55,948 nucleotides of DNA, from contig NC_068997.1 of the NCBI RefSeq assembly GCF_001194135.2, positions 54,181,168 to 54,237,115 of the forward strand, written 5' to 3'. Both the position numbers and the translations under genes were made by a program. Below, piece by piece: positions 13,546 to 26,848 of the stretch. The first letter of the stretch is position 1; every line of letters begins with the position of its first letter. Under the pieces are notes generated by a model. It did not search any database. It was given only the letters and a program-made list of their open reading frames with translations, and was not told where the DNA came from. The DNA is from Octopus bimaculoides. Its lineage: Eukaryota.

Positions 13546-14030
13546 CAGGGTATCTCAAAAGGGTCTGATGGGTTTCAATTTTTAAGAACTTCCTCAAATT
13601 TACAAATAAATGCATGAAATTTTGATACAATATAAAGGAAATAATGGAAATGAATATGCACAAGTCAAATTTTGCAACACCTCTACATCACATATAAAAA
13701 CTGATATCGCTTATTTGGCAGCCATTTTCGGCTTCGTACACCCGTGGTCTTTCCAAAATTTGAACCATAACACCCTCAAGAGTTTCAAATCCCACTTCTC
13801 TGATTTCTTTATTCATGCTCTCCTCTAGTTGCACCAGGGTCTCTCTTTCAGGTATCCCCACAAGAAAAAATCCGTGCAAGTCAAGTCTGGTGAACGAGAA
13901 GGCCAGTTGACATTGCCGTAGCGGGAGATTATTCTCTCTCCAAAGCACTGCCGTAGCAACTGCATTCTTTCTCTGGCGGTATATGCAGTTGCCCCATCTT
14001 ACTGGAATTGTGTGTGAGGTCTACTTTGAA
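13546..14030 (-). mobile_element. Tc1/mariner-superfamily DNA transposon relic, DD41D (rosa/Visitor) type: 3' part of transposase plus right TIR
   Basis: The minus strand reads FQ*DGATAYTARERMQLLRQCFGERIISRYGNVNWPSRSPDLTCTDFFLWGYLKE. There are exactly 41 residues between the two catalytic Asp (codons 13998-13996 and 13872-13870). The terminus is TA|CAGGGTATCTCAAAA at 13544-13560. Confidence 0.9.
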
Positions 14031-14128
14031 TGGCCTTCAGGTTCACCAGACTTGACTAGTCCGGATTTCTCTTGTGAAGATACCTGAAAGTGAGGGTTTA
14101 CGTCAACAAGTAGGAGACCCTGGTGTAT
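14031..14128 (+). mobile_element. Second, inverted fragment of the same DD41D transposase
   Basis: The plus strand reads WPSGSPDLTSPDF, then (frameshifted) YLKVRVYVNK. About 85% identical to the minus-strand copy over ~63 nt. Confidence 0.85.
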
Positions 14129-15233
14129 TATAAGTGTCATACACTTCAATAACACCGTCCTGAGATCTTATACGCAAGTGAGACGCGGGTTACTATGAAG
14201 GGGAATAACGCAGATTGGTAACGATGCAAAGGTACAGGGAAAGCTGCATTCTAGGAATATCATAACGTGAACATATTTGAAGTGTGATAATTCGAGAGCG
14301 GAGTGAACAATGTGATTGCAGAATACGAAAGCAGAATTTCGTTGAGCCATGATAAGCCGCAAGATTTCACAGACAGCAGTTTGACCAGTGCAGTTGTTGA
14401 GTGATATTCAAGAGATCGGAAAAGACGACTTAGAAGGCCTCCATAACTATAGGAAAACTATTCACTTAAGTGAAAACAAGATGGGAAACAAAAGCCCAAT
14501 CAAGAAAGAAGGGTAACGCGACTAGTGATGTATAACAATGTCTGATAGTCAAGTTGATACAGTGATACAGTAGTGTACACACAGACACACACACACACGC
14601 ATGGTATGTGTAAATTATAGATACCACATCTTAATAAGGCCTGCCTCACACTAAAGGTCAAGACGAAATATAATGAGAATTAAAAATAAGAATATTTTCA
14701 CATTATTTATTATTTAATATCTTGATTGTTTTTTTTGTCTTTATTTTTATTTGACTCCAATCTTGAAATTTGGTATCGATCAGATATTTGAAAAATGAAA
14801 GTATAGAAAAATTCGTAGAACGGAAATAAAAATGGTTCATTGCAATCTCAAGTTCTGCAATTTGGCACGAAATGTATTCGCTTGGATACTTCTTCAAGAA
14901 TAATTTTAATATATTTTCTTTCATTAGTATCAATTCACTGAATATAGGTGCGTATTTGCTCTAAGGTCTCTGAGAAGATTATCGTCTTGCTTCTGAAATT
15001 CCTGTGCACATACGGAGAGCAATTTGAAATGTGAATTAGCAAAGTAAAACAAAACAAACAAAAGGAAACAGTGAAGTAAGCATTGGACATCAAATACCGT
15101 GAATATTTCGTAGGTGATAACTGTGAAGACATTAGGTTAATCACATGCGCACACATACACAGCACGTATATGTACAAAATATCCATAATTCTTATATACA
15201 CCTAATATGCGAGTATATATATCTATATATATA

Positions 15234-15278
<45 letters not shown>

Positions 15279-15588
15279 NNNNNNNNNNNNNNNNNNNNNN
15301 NNNNNNNNNNNNNNNNNNNNNNNNNNNNNNNNNNNNNNNNNNNNNNNNNNNNNNNNNNNNNNNNNNNNNNNNNNNNNNNNNNNNNNNNNNNNNNNNNNNN
15401 NNNNNNNNNNNNNNNNNNNNNNNNNNNNNNNNNNNNNNNNNNNNNNNNNNNNNNNNNNNNNNNNNNNNNNNNNNNNNNNNNNNNNNNNNNNNNNNNNNNN
15501 NNNNTATATATGAACATACATGTATAAGTATGTGTGGACGTTTTTGTATATGTACATATTTAAACAATTTTACATACATACATACGTG

Positions 15589-15620
<32 letters not shown>

Positions 15621-15640
15621 AATGCATACATACGTACAAA

Positions 15641-15751
15641 CAAAAGTACTCTGTTGATGATGTTAAAATTCCAATGAAGGAACCTTGGGTCTAGGTTAGA
15701 AATCGTTGTTTTCTCATTAGGCAAGAAATATTGAAATAAACTGAATAATGA
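15641..15751 (+). mobile_element. ~110-bp (CATA)n-associated element, copy 2
   Basis: caaaagtactctgttgatgatgttaaaattccaatgaaggaaccttgggtctaggttagaaatcg...gcaagaaatattgaaataaactgaataatga, with CATA repeats on both sides. Confidence 0.9.
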
Positions 15752-15900
15752 TATACATACATGCACATAGATCATAAATGCATTTATAAATATATGTCGT
15801 ATATGATATATATGTGTATATTATACAAATATGTTATACATTCGTAATTTTTAATACATTGTATATACGCATAGACATGTTTGGGTGTGTATACATACAT

Positions 15901-15959
<59 letters not shown>

Positions 15960-18900
15960 NNNNNNNNNNNNNNNNNNNNNNNNNNNNNNNNNNNNNNNNN
16001 NNNNNNNNNNNNNNNNNNNNNNNNNNNNNNNNNNNNNNNNNNNNNNNNNNNNNNNNNNNNNNNNNNNNNNNNNNNNNNNNNNNNNNNNNNNNNNNNNNNN
16101 NNNNNNNNNNNNNNNNNNNNNNNNNNNNNNNNNNNNNNNNNNNNNNNNNNNNNNNNNNNNNNNNNNNNNNNNNNNNNNNNNNNNNNNNNNNNNNNNNNNN
16201 NNNNNNNNNNNNNNNNNNNNNNNNNNNNNNNNNNNNNNNNNNNNNNNNNNNNNNNNNNNNNNNNNNNNNNNNNNNNNNNNNNNNNNNNNNNNNNNNNNNN
16301 NNNNNNNNNNNNNNNNNNNNNNNNNNNNNNNNNNNNNNNNNNNNNNNNNNNNNNNNNNNNNNNNNNNNNNNNNNNNNNNNNNNNNNNNNNNNNNNNNNNN
16401 NNNNNNNNNNNNNNNNNNNNNNNNNNNNNNNNNNNNNNNNNNNNNNNNNNNNNNNNNNNNNNNNNNNNNNNNNNNNNNNNNNNNNNNNNNNNNNNNNNNN
16501 NNNNNNNNNNNNNNNNNNNNNNNNNNNNNNNNNNNNNNNNNNNNNNNNNNNNNNNNNNNNNNNNNNNNNNNNNNNNNNNNNNNNNNNNNNNNNNNNNNNN
16601 NNNNNNNNNNNNNNNNNNNNNNNNNNNNNNNNNNNNNNNNNNNNNNNNNNNNNNNNNNNNNNNNNNNNNNATATATATATATATATAATTGAAGAAACTG
16701 GAGTCGACAAGAAGGAGTGCGCTTGGACAGTAATTTTTTTATCACTACAATTGTTTCCACACAAGGTTGCTATGGTGTGTGTGGGTGTGCGCGCGTGTGT
16801 ATACACACACAAGCGACACACATGTTTCTCTCCAACACACAAACCCACACTCATGTTTCTCTCTACTTTCATTTTCAAGTTATAGGACACCATTTTCCAT
16901 TAGCGTTACTTCTACACATGTCTTGTCTCACTACTGCTGTATACACATAAGACTTTTATTTATGTGTGTATATGTATATATACATGTATATATATATATA
17001 ATTCTATGCTCCAACTATATCTGTCGTTTTCCATTATGTCTTGTCTTATTCTGTCTTCGTTTATCGTTTATGTTTCCCCACAATCTTCTACATTCGTTCA
17101 CATATTCTCAGCATCTTTTTGCTGTTGACGCCACCAAATTGAACAATCTTATCGTCAAAGGAGCGAAATTGTTATGACGTTTGGACGATAATCGATGAGG
17201 GAAGAAACCTACGTCTTCTGTATGATTTTTTCGCGTGTTCTTTTGTTGCCCACCTCTGCAATTTTTGAACACACACACACACATATATGCGTGTATACAA
17301 GCATATATTTACGTACGTTCATATACACACACATACATACAGATACACGCGCACTCACAATAACGCTAAGACGCGCTTTGGTGTGCAACTGCATTTAATG
17401 AGAATTCATTGAATGTTTTGATGAATGAATGCAATTTGAGACGTGTGTATATACTTAGGGACTGCATTACACACATTTCCTGTCTCATATATATCCAAAA
17501 ATATACAGGGAAATTTATACATACACCCACATACATATGTATGTGTGTATTTATGTGTGTATGTGTGTGCTTGTGTGCGTGTGTGCCTGTGTACGTGTGT
17601 GTTCATACACACACATTGACAAAGCAGATTATCTTTTACAGTAAACTGCTCTCAGTCCCCTCCCCTCGAAAATATTATCCAGGCTCATCTGTATACATTA
17701 GTTTATACATCTATGGATTGGTCTCTTTGTTCTCTCTGTTTCTCTCGCTCTCAAACTCGTTCTCCTCTCTCTCCTCTCTCTCCCCTCTCTCTCTCTCTCT
17801 CTCTCTCACTCTCTCTCTATCATCATACATCTGTAATTGGTTTTGGAAAAACATAATACTAAATTCTCATTCTTCAATATCTCGTCACATCGAAATCTAT
17901 TACGCAAAACTTCGCAGCGAAATATCTGATGGAAATTCTGGCAATACTAGTCTTCTCTTTGTTAGATTAGTTTGCACACACACACACACAAATATAACGG
18001 AGTATGTACATATATAATTTATCATATATACATACGCGCAAATTGTATATATATATATATNNNNNNNNNNNNNNNNNNNNNNNNNNNNNNNNNNNNNNNN
18101 NNNNNNNNNNNNNNNNNNNNNNNNNNNNNNNNNNNNNNNNNNNNNNNNNNNNNNNNNNNNNNNNNNNNNNNNNNNNNNNNNNNNNNNNNNNNNNNNNNNN
18201 NNNNNNNNNNNNNNNNNNNNNNNNNNNNNNNNNNNNNNNNNNNNNNNNNNNNNNNNNNNNNNNNNNNNNNNNNNNNNNNNNNNNNNNNNNNNNNNNNNNN
18301 NNNNNNNNNNNNNNNNNNNNNNNNNNNNNNNNNNNNNNNNNNNNNNNNNNNNNNNNNNNNNNNNNNNNNNNNNNNNNNNNNNNNNNNNNNNNNNNNNNNN
18401 NNNNNNNNNNNNNNNNNNNNNNNNNNNNNNNNNNNNNNNNNNNNNNNNNNNNNNNNNNNNNNNNNNNNNNNNNNNNNNNNNNNNNNNNNNNNNNNNNNNN
18501 NNNNNNNNNNNNNNNNNNNNNNNNNNNNNNNNNNNNNNNNNNNNNNNNNNNNNNNNNNNNNNNNNNNNNNNNNNNNNNNNNNNNNNNNNNNNNNNNNNNN
18601 NNNNNNNNNNNNNNNNNNNNNNNNNNNNNNNNNNNNNNNNNNNNNNNNNNNNNNNNNNNNNNNNNNNNNNNNNNNNNNNNNNNNNNNNNNNNNNNNNNNN
18701 NNNNNNNNNNNNNNNNNNNNNNNNNNNNNNNNNNNNNNNNNNNNNNNNNNNNNNNNNNNNNNNNNNNNNNNNNNNNNNNNNNNNNNNNNNNNNNNNNNNN
18801 NNNNNNNNNNNNNNNNNNNNNNNNNNNNNNNNNNNNNNNNNNNNNNNNNNNNNNNNNNNNNNNNNNNNNNNNNNNNNNNNNNNNNNNNNNNNNNNNNNNN

Positions 18901-19085
18901 NNNNNNNNNNNNNNNTATATATATATATATATATTGTGCGTGTGTGTGAGAGAGGGAGAGAGAAAGTGTGTATGTGTATGTGTGTGTGTAGCTACATGAG
19001 TATATCTATAGAGGGGGCAGAAATGAGGATGCAGCGGGTGTAGAAAGTGAGAAGAGAGATAATCGCTGCAAATTCATGAGCATAA

Positions 19086-19133
<48 letters not shown>

Positions 19134-19747
19134 TACACACACTGAACTCGCACAGACGTATGTATTTATAATAAATATACACACCACCTACATAGGCAGA
19201 TGCATACTATCATACCTCTACGCTGATACGCATACAATAAAGAACACATTCGCACTACCATATACATACTTGTGCTCGTGATATATATCAATGTATATAA
19301 TGTATATAAATGTATCAGTCGCCCCATTTCCTTCCCTTTATAAACTCCCACCCCACTACAATTCCTGATCTCACCCCCGCCCAATGGTATAAATTCATTT
19401 AAAACTTGAAACCTGTTCCCGATTTCCATTATTTCCATTGTTAATATAATTCCACGGAGTGATAGAGAAATTTTTATCCGTGTATATATATTTCGGTAAA
19501 AATATTTAGTTATTTTTTTTATCTTTTTCTAGACCTTTTTTGTCTTTTTGTTAAGTTTTTTTTCTTACACACCTAAATTTGATAACGAATAATAATAAAA
19601 AAATATATTATATTGAAAATTCCTCAATTCAATTCATGGAACCAAATATCTTCAAACAGATTAAAATTCCGAAATCAAAATATGAACAAGCGCACATTCC
19701 TTTCATATTGTTTTCTATACAGGCATATAGGATCTTTTAACTTTCTA

Positions 19748-19826
19748 TAATAATAATAATAATAATAATAATGATAATAATAATAATAATAATAATAATG
19801 ATAATAATAATAATAATAATAATAAT
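19748..19826. repeat. (AAT)n microsatellite
   Basis: Directly visible. Confidence 0.95.
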
Positions 19827-20364
19827 ATTTTTGTTTAGGTTATAGAAAATTAAAATTTCCGATCTAAATGTATTTCATAATTTAGTTCTGTGTCTGAATA
19901 TTCCAGGTTCCAATCTCATTAGAACCAGTTTTAATTTTAATTATTCGGGAACAATGATATAATTATTACTGTTAATATTAGACTTGGTCTTGGTACCGTA
20001 GGGAAATTTGTGAGGTTTTAGAAGCTGGCATGATTTGTGTGTCAGTCAAGTTGGGTGTCAGTTAGAAAGTTCAGTTTCTGTAGCAGTTAGGAATTCTACA
20101 GATTTCTGCATATAAACCTCTGCTCTATGATCCCTAGTATTTCAGTTTAGAGATGAAGCAAACATCACACAGACTCTGGATTATGTCTAGTACAAGATAA
20201 CTAAAAATAAGTTTAGGAAAAACTAAAAATATATGTTCTATAATTTATTGGGTTTACAACAAACAAAAAGACAAATAGCTTTCCTTAGACGAATATAGTG
20301 TGACGTTTTCAATATTAATTCAAATTTGTTACTCATTCTGCAAATTTTAGTTTGCTGATTCCAT

Positions 20365-21212
20365 GCTAAAAAATTATAGACAACGTTTCGGGTTTTACCA
20401 GTAGCGGCGAAAATGAAAAGATTGTCCTTGTTCCCGACTCTGGAGCACGAAAATATAATTGACTGTTTGAAAAACAGACCTCCTATAATTGCAAACGAGT
20501 AACTTTCTGATCTTGGGACTTATTAATGGACATCGAAAAAGACAGACGTATTGGAAATTGAAGTCGTTTGGATTTGAAGGGCATATTGGCATAGGCCCGG
20601 GAACAGGGGATGCAGGTGGTGCAAGTGCACCCCCTAGAATTTTTGCAGAGTGCGGAACCAAAATTTGCAGCCCTACTTATTTTTCTCAGGTTTAGAAAAC
20701 AGTGAATAAAAAAGTGATGTGTAAAAAGTAGCTTGAAGTTAGGTTCCTTCCCAAAGAACAAATCACAAAAATAAATAATAGAAAAAAAACAAGACCTTGT
20801 TTGTGAAAAATTTTGGACCTGGGTTTGCACCCCCTAAGCAAATTTCGTTCCCGAGCCACTGCATATTGGACGGTATTAGAGGTAAGCGAGGAATAAAAAA
20901 TATCTTCGCCTTTTCCACAGACAGAAAATATTATGGCCTCTATGATATTTCTCGTAAATTTCTTCACAACAATTCTTGTGGCATTGCACAGCTTTGGTTG
21001 AGAAACGTTGTGCAGAAGCATGATCGGAGCACCTATTTTCAATGGAAGGCAATGAGGAGGAGGTCCTGGTGTCTCCAGTGAGTTTAAGAACTGAACCGGA
21101 TAATTGACAATTTCCGAGTCATCAACAACAGAATTTGTAGATTTCTAAGTATGTTCATTAAATTATTCGCAGTAATGTTCTTTGGTGCCATGGTTGCTCT
21201 TTCGCACAACCA
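20365..21212 (-). pseudogene. Helitron RepHel C-terminal PIF1-like helicase relic (frameshifted, interrupted by a MITE)
   Basis: Minus-strand pieces in order: WLCERATMAPKN; [58 protein letters not shown]...CGKGEDIF; [11 protein letters not shown]|PFKSKRLQFPIRLSFSMSINKSQDQ; EVCFSNSQLY; SCSRVGNKDNLFIFAATGKTRNVVY. These are hallmark Helitron helicase motifs IV-VI. Confidence 0.93.
20590..20861. mobile_element. hAT-type MITE (272 bp) nested in the Helitron relic
   Basis: 15-bp imperfect TIRs: CATAGGCCCGGGAAC on the left and CAGTGGCTCGGGAAC as the reverse complement of the right end (12/15). Perfect 8-bp TSD CATATTGG at 20582-20589 and 20862-20869. Subterminal TGCACCCCCTA motif near both ends. 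Confidence 0.92.
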
Positions 21213-21767
21213 CTGTCAACGTCTTACTTATATTCGTGTAAAAATAGCCATTTGTATTTATTGTATTTCAATAAATTATAGTACGTTTTTAGTTTTCAAC
21301 GGAGTTTTATTTAGTTATCTCCCTTAGACCAGTCGTTTTAGTTTTTGGTGGGGGGAGTGGTTTTGAAAGGGGCAGGTAGCTTATATATATAAAGGGACCA
21401 CACGAGTGGTATGAAGCTAAGTATCTGGTAGATTCAGAATTAACGAAATTCAGTGAGTATTTGCATGTACGTGTGTCTTAATATAATAACTAGATACAAA
21501 TTTGATCTGCCATACATAACACATGATTTGAGGATAACGATTATATTGATAATAGCGTAACCCTTCCACATTTATGAAGCTGTTCAAATAGAAATTATAT
21601 CTTATAAAGCTATACCGTTTGTTCACGGAACTAGCGAAAAGAATGCATCAGTTTTAGGAGCATATACCTGTTTCCTTAGCCTGCAAGAGATACAAATCCC
21701 CTTTAAATGAAACTCTTCTCCCATAAATAATATAGGACCTGTGTCTTAAAGAAATCCCCGATCGGAC

Positions 21768-21855
21768 AGAATGTTTGCAACTGGTACGCTTTTAATCATA
21801 GATCTGCTCTACCATGCCTGACCTGGGGTTAAACAACAACAACAACAACAACAAC
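21768..21855 (-). repeat. Short dispersed repeat family E, best copy, adjoining (CAA)n
   Basis: The reverse complement is (gtt)n taaccccaggtcaggcatggtagagcagatctatgattaaaagcgtaccagttg. Confidence 0.65.
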
Positions 21856-21935
21856 TGGCAATAGAAAGGGATCTGATTCAAGTGGTATTTTAGTATAAAC
21901 TTTGCACCTAACTTTCATACAAAAGTCGTATCTCA

Positions 21936-21967
<32 letters not shown>

Positions 21968-22914
21968 TCAGCAATCATTTTTGCGAATACCTGAAATATT
22001 AGAAGCTCGTCAGGTATAATTATGTGGAAATTAGCTAGAATTGTAATACTAATTTGTGAAACAGGATACGTAATGAAAATAAGAAAGGTTGTATATCTCG
22101 GGATAAGATAAGATAAAATCTCCATCTCAATTTCACTGTAACAACATGACAAACCTACCTAATTCACGGGTAAATAGCTTGAAAGTAATACTAGAGCGGA
22201 CGTTAGTTATAAAAATACCTGATGGAAAGAATATTAATTGGATTTATTTAGAACACGTCAAAGAAACTGTAGACACTGCAGATATTCTTCACACTAAACA
22301 AGCAATAACTGTCAAACATATAAACCAAATATATATCTGGCATGGGAAGAAAGGAGATGGCAGATAAAATGCTTAACGCGTTTTTATTTTATTCTTTTAT
22401 TTATTGTTTTATTTCCATATATACACGCACGCACACACATACATCCACACACACGCGCGAAAACACAGTGTAATGGAAACTTCCGTTTGTTTATGCAAAC
22501 TTTTGGATCGAAACAATTTTATCTTCTGCCTTGCGAAAAACGTTACTTTCACACCCAGTGCCCCGAAGTACTTCATGAAACATGGCATCTTAAACAGATT
22601 TTTGAAACAGCTGTCCTTCGAAGTCCCATACCTCATAGCTTCTTTCCTTCATATTTTAGTATTCCTTAGTTTTATTTGACGCAAATTATTTTTAATCAAA
22701 CTTGTTTCTTTTTTTTCTTCTGCTATTTCTCCTCATCCCAACCCTCTTCTCTTCCTCTTTTGTATGGGACTTCACCGTGTGTTGTGTTTGTTTTTTGAAC
22801 CCTAGTTTAGCAGCGACGGAATAGACTTAAAACGATCCAACCTTGGCCATCCCATTTCTAGCAAAACTTTATCTCACGTCTGCTTCCTTATTCATTAATA
22901 AGATCTGTGAGTGG

Positions 22915-23060
22915 TTTCGCTAAAATTTCAGGCATATAGAGTCCGCGAAGAGGCTTCGATAGAATTCCTAGTGGTATTTGTTCAGGCCCTTGCCCCCTAG
23001 GTTCCAATCCCGCTGGAGTTGATTTTCCTTTCATCTGTACGAATTCAATAAAGAAATTAC
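22915..23060 (+). mobile_element. Old tRNA-derived SINE relic related to the family A core
   Basis: ggttccaatcccgctggagttgattttcctttcatc resembles the family A B-box plus core. Confidence 0.4.
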
Positions 23061-23114
23061 CTGCCATGTATTTCTCCACTTTTTTCTCTCTCTCTCCCTA
23101 TTTCACTCTCTCTA

Positions 23115-23168
<54 letters not shown>

Positions 23169-24511
23169 CTATTTATCTCTGGATGTTATATGTTCAGGGC
23201 CCTGGAAGAACATTCATATTCTGGTCTCAGTCATATTGTCATACCCACATTAGTAAGACGACTCGAAACAAATATATGCTGAGCTAATATCAAAATTACT
23301 TACTAATATCATTTTATATTTTCTATAAGTACGGGACATAAAAATGAATGTTTCCTACTTAATATGATCTCATCAGCAAAGCTTCACTTTCATTGTATTT
23401 GACAAAGTAATGATGAAAAAATGTGTAAGGAATTATGTTAAATATATAAGGCGTTTGTGTTTTCTGAACATCTGTCGTTTTCCTGAGAAAAATATCGGTA
23501 AAATGGAAGTAAAATGATGTCTCTTAGGAATCAAAGTAGATCGCATTTTCAGTAAAACAGAAATTTAACAGTCAGATATGCAGTACTTGTGACACTTAAC
23601 ATGGATTCTTAATGATATTCTGCCATTATGTGACGAGGCATAACACATAACAGTATCATTTTGTTTCATAAACTATATGTCTTTGTAAACGATATAAGCC
23701 GATTACGAGATACATACTAAAAGAAGAGAGAAGAAATTACTATCATTCTTTGCAAATGCTCCAATTTCTTTTAGCAACAAACAAATATATCTCACCATTT
23801 GTGTATCTTGTTAATTCTAGACTGTAAATGTTATTGTTCCTTTCTTCTTTTCCCCACCGTCTCTGAGGTAGTTGCCTGTGTGTTGTTTTTTTCTTTCTTT
23901 AAAATTGTATCTCTTTCAAGTCAAATGTAATTATCCCGGCAATGGACAACAATTTTAAATTGACATTGAAGCGATTAGTGTAAAACGTTTCAACCAAAAC
24001 TGCTTCGCTACTCTTTCACTCCAAGTTCCATGTAAAATCTCTCCTTTCCTTAGTTGTTTGATCAAAGTAAAGAACAGCACAGTTTTTACCTGGTGTTTGT
24101 TTATGGACGTCAATATTAATTTTCTCTTTCGTAAAGCGATAACTTCATTATGACAGTTTTCCAAATAACCACTGGCTGATACCGTAAAGTATTATATACC
24201 AAATTATGAATACATATTCATCTCTCTCATATTCTCCTTCTCTTCCTCTCTCTCTCTTTCTCTGTACAGACATACACACATGCATGCAAAAAACACGCAC
24301 GCACGCATATGTTTATATAAAATGCTAACCATGAATGGCTTCTAAAATTTATTCTGCCAGCACTTAAAGTCTACAAAGTTGTTTTCTATTTTACTGTGAG
24401 TTCTATATGTCTGTGCCTGGCCGTTTTCTGGCGTCTTACATTTTGCTGTGCTTCGATTCATAAGGAACCCTTACAACTAACATATAAATAAATAAATAAA
24501 TAAATAAATAG

Positions 24512-24574
<63 letters not shown>

Positions 24575-24575
24575 T

Positions 24576-24616
<41 letters not shown>

Positions 24617-24790
24617 CATGCGTGTGTATACATGTGTATTCATATATTTACGTATATGGTATATATACATATATGTAGGTATGCAAATTAAACAGGATGT
24701 GCGTACATATATTTGAATGTGTGTTGTGCATGTTTGTGTATGCATTTTTGAGCGTGGCCCCAAACCATGATTACCTTTAGTACTGAGATG

Positions 24791-24840
24791 TAGATTAGGT
24801 TGCTACTTCTAGCGGGTCGTGCAACCAGGTAGGGGGCCCC
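24791..24840 (-). repeat. Short dispersed repeat family D (GGGAGCCTCTACGTGGTCGCTCGACCTGCTAGAAATAGCAGCCAAATC...)
   Basis: Homologous segments at 29631-29700 (-), 50631-50678 (+), 51935-52010 (+), 52572-52640 (-) and 53129-53209 (+). Confidence 0.6.
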
Positions 24841-25496
24841 GCATTTCTTAATTCATTCAATGATATTAACTGAGCAAATTTACGAATGTCGAAATCTTCT
24901 TTTGTTTCCAGTGAACTCATCACATCAATGGAGAATCGAAATATATAGACGTGAACTGTATGAAGTTCATACAATAAAAAAATAAATAACATTAAGTATT
25001 AAAGACAAATAGTTGATTGAGAATTAAACTCAAAAATATTTCAATGTACTTCTGATATTTCTGAAGACAATCTACTTTTCGTGACATCTAGGGTTTCTCT
25101 AAAAGTTAAGAGAGAAACAGAAATAATAATTAAATAATTCTATTATAAATTGTGTTTATATCAGGTTGAGAAGCAAGTATGATGTTAAGACGAACGTAAA
25201 TGGTTATGGAATCAAATAATCAGCTAAAATGCTAAAATGATTTGCCATCAAATTTAGCTGGAAGCAATATTTACAGAAACAAATTAGAAAATAAATATAT
25301 ATGACAATTAAAAATATGCTGAATCACACGAAATGATTAAATACTATAGCAATTAAGGAGAAAAACACAATTATATTCCACAACAGAATTTTTCAAGTTT
25401 GGAACTAAACAGAAATAAACAAAGAAAGGAAAGAAAAAAAGAAACTTGGAGGAAATAACGAAATATTTTGGTGACGTTGGTAACGAAACTGTTCTT

Positions 25497-25536
<40 letters not shown>

Positions 25537-25723
25537 CCTCTCATTCTCTCTCACTCACACTCTCTCTCACTCTGTCTCTCAAACACACACACAAAACTTG
25601 CGAGCGCACAAACTTAAGTGTCTATAGGTATTTACGGACACATGCAACTATATATAATTATTAACACTCATGTATAAACACACAAACACACGCCTTCATG
25701 TATATACATATATCAGTGAACAT

Positions 25724-25782
<59 letters not shown>

Positions 25783-26058
25783 ACACATATGTGTGTAATC
25801 ATGTAGACAAGCGCTCAAGTACACGTACCTATGCACAGAAGCACACCTGAAGAATGTGGATATGAGAAGATTTCAAGATAAAAACTGACAGATAGATAGA
25901 TAGACAGTCAGACAGAGAGGCAGACAGACAGACAGACAGACAGATAGATAGACAGACAGAAAGACAGACGGATAGATTGATAGATAGATGGATAGATACT
26001 ACTTCCAGTGCTAATAATTAAGTTCTAAAAACCTGTTTGCTATTCGCGACTGAAAATG

Positions 26059-26285
26059 TGCTGATATTCTATATATCGTAGCAGCGAGATTTTAGTGGCA
26101 TGCAGTGACCGGAAGCCACCCACTGCTGATATGTAATAGAAGCAAATCACGTGATATGGGAGTTCCGACGCCCATGATATGCCATTCTCGCCTGCTATGA
26201 TCTGTGTGTGCTTTTATGCTCCTAACGCTTCTATGAGATGTTCTATCAAAGCTAATAACGCAATGTTGTGTGACTAACAAGACAT
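26059..26285 (+). repeat. ~225-bp ancient dispersed repeat, copy 1
   Basis: Colinear with 55056-55270. Shared blocks are TGCTGATATTCTATA.ATCGTAGCAGCGAGATTT, CATGCAGTGA, AAATCACGTGATATG and GTGCTTTTATG. Confidence 0.85.
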
Positions 26286-26816
26286 TTACGTTAAGCTGAA
26301 TATAAAGATAGCTCTTGATACAAATGCATCTTCCGTCGCTAGGTATTACTCTACATACATATGCGTGTGTTCGCGTTTGTGTGTCTGTTTCTATACACAA
26401 ACATGTACAGAGATACATATGTGTGGCGGTGTATCTAAATATGTATTTATGCATATTCGTTTATATCTATTTAAACGGCAACAAGGAATGACTAGACTAA
26501 ACCGGTCCGTTTAATTCGTATAACGGCTCGTGTGAGTAAATTCATTGATAATAAGACTACAAATCGTTAGTGAATATTCTGGATTATTCGCTTTTACTTT
26601 AATGACTATGCAATTATATTTAAAGTACATCTTACATTTCGAATCATCTAAAATTATGGCATTAGGTACGTTTAATAACGCAATTATTCCATGTTGTCAG
26701 CATGCAGATTATTATAAAATTTAGAGTAACCGGTTTAGCTGAATTACGATAGAATTACGCACAAAATCACAGACACGCATATATATATATATATTATATT
26801 ATATTATATACATATT

Positions 26817-26848
<32 letters not shown>

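Noticed and set aside
20040-20365. Helitron 3' terminus (hairpin plus CTRR before T)
   Set aside because: The CTAG sites at about 20134 and 20187 lack the preceding GC-rich hairpin and the following T on the minus strand.
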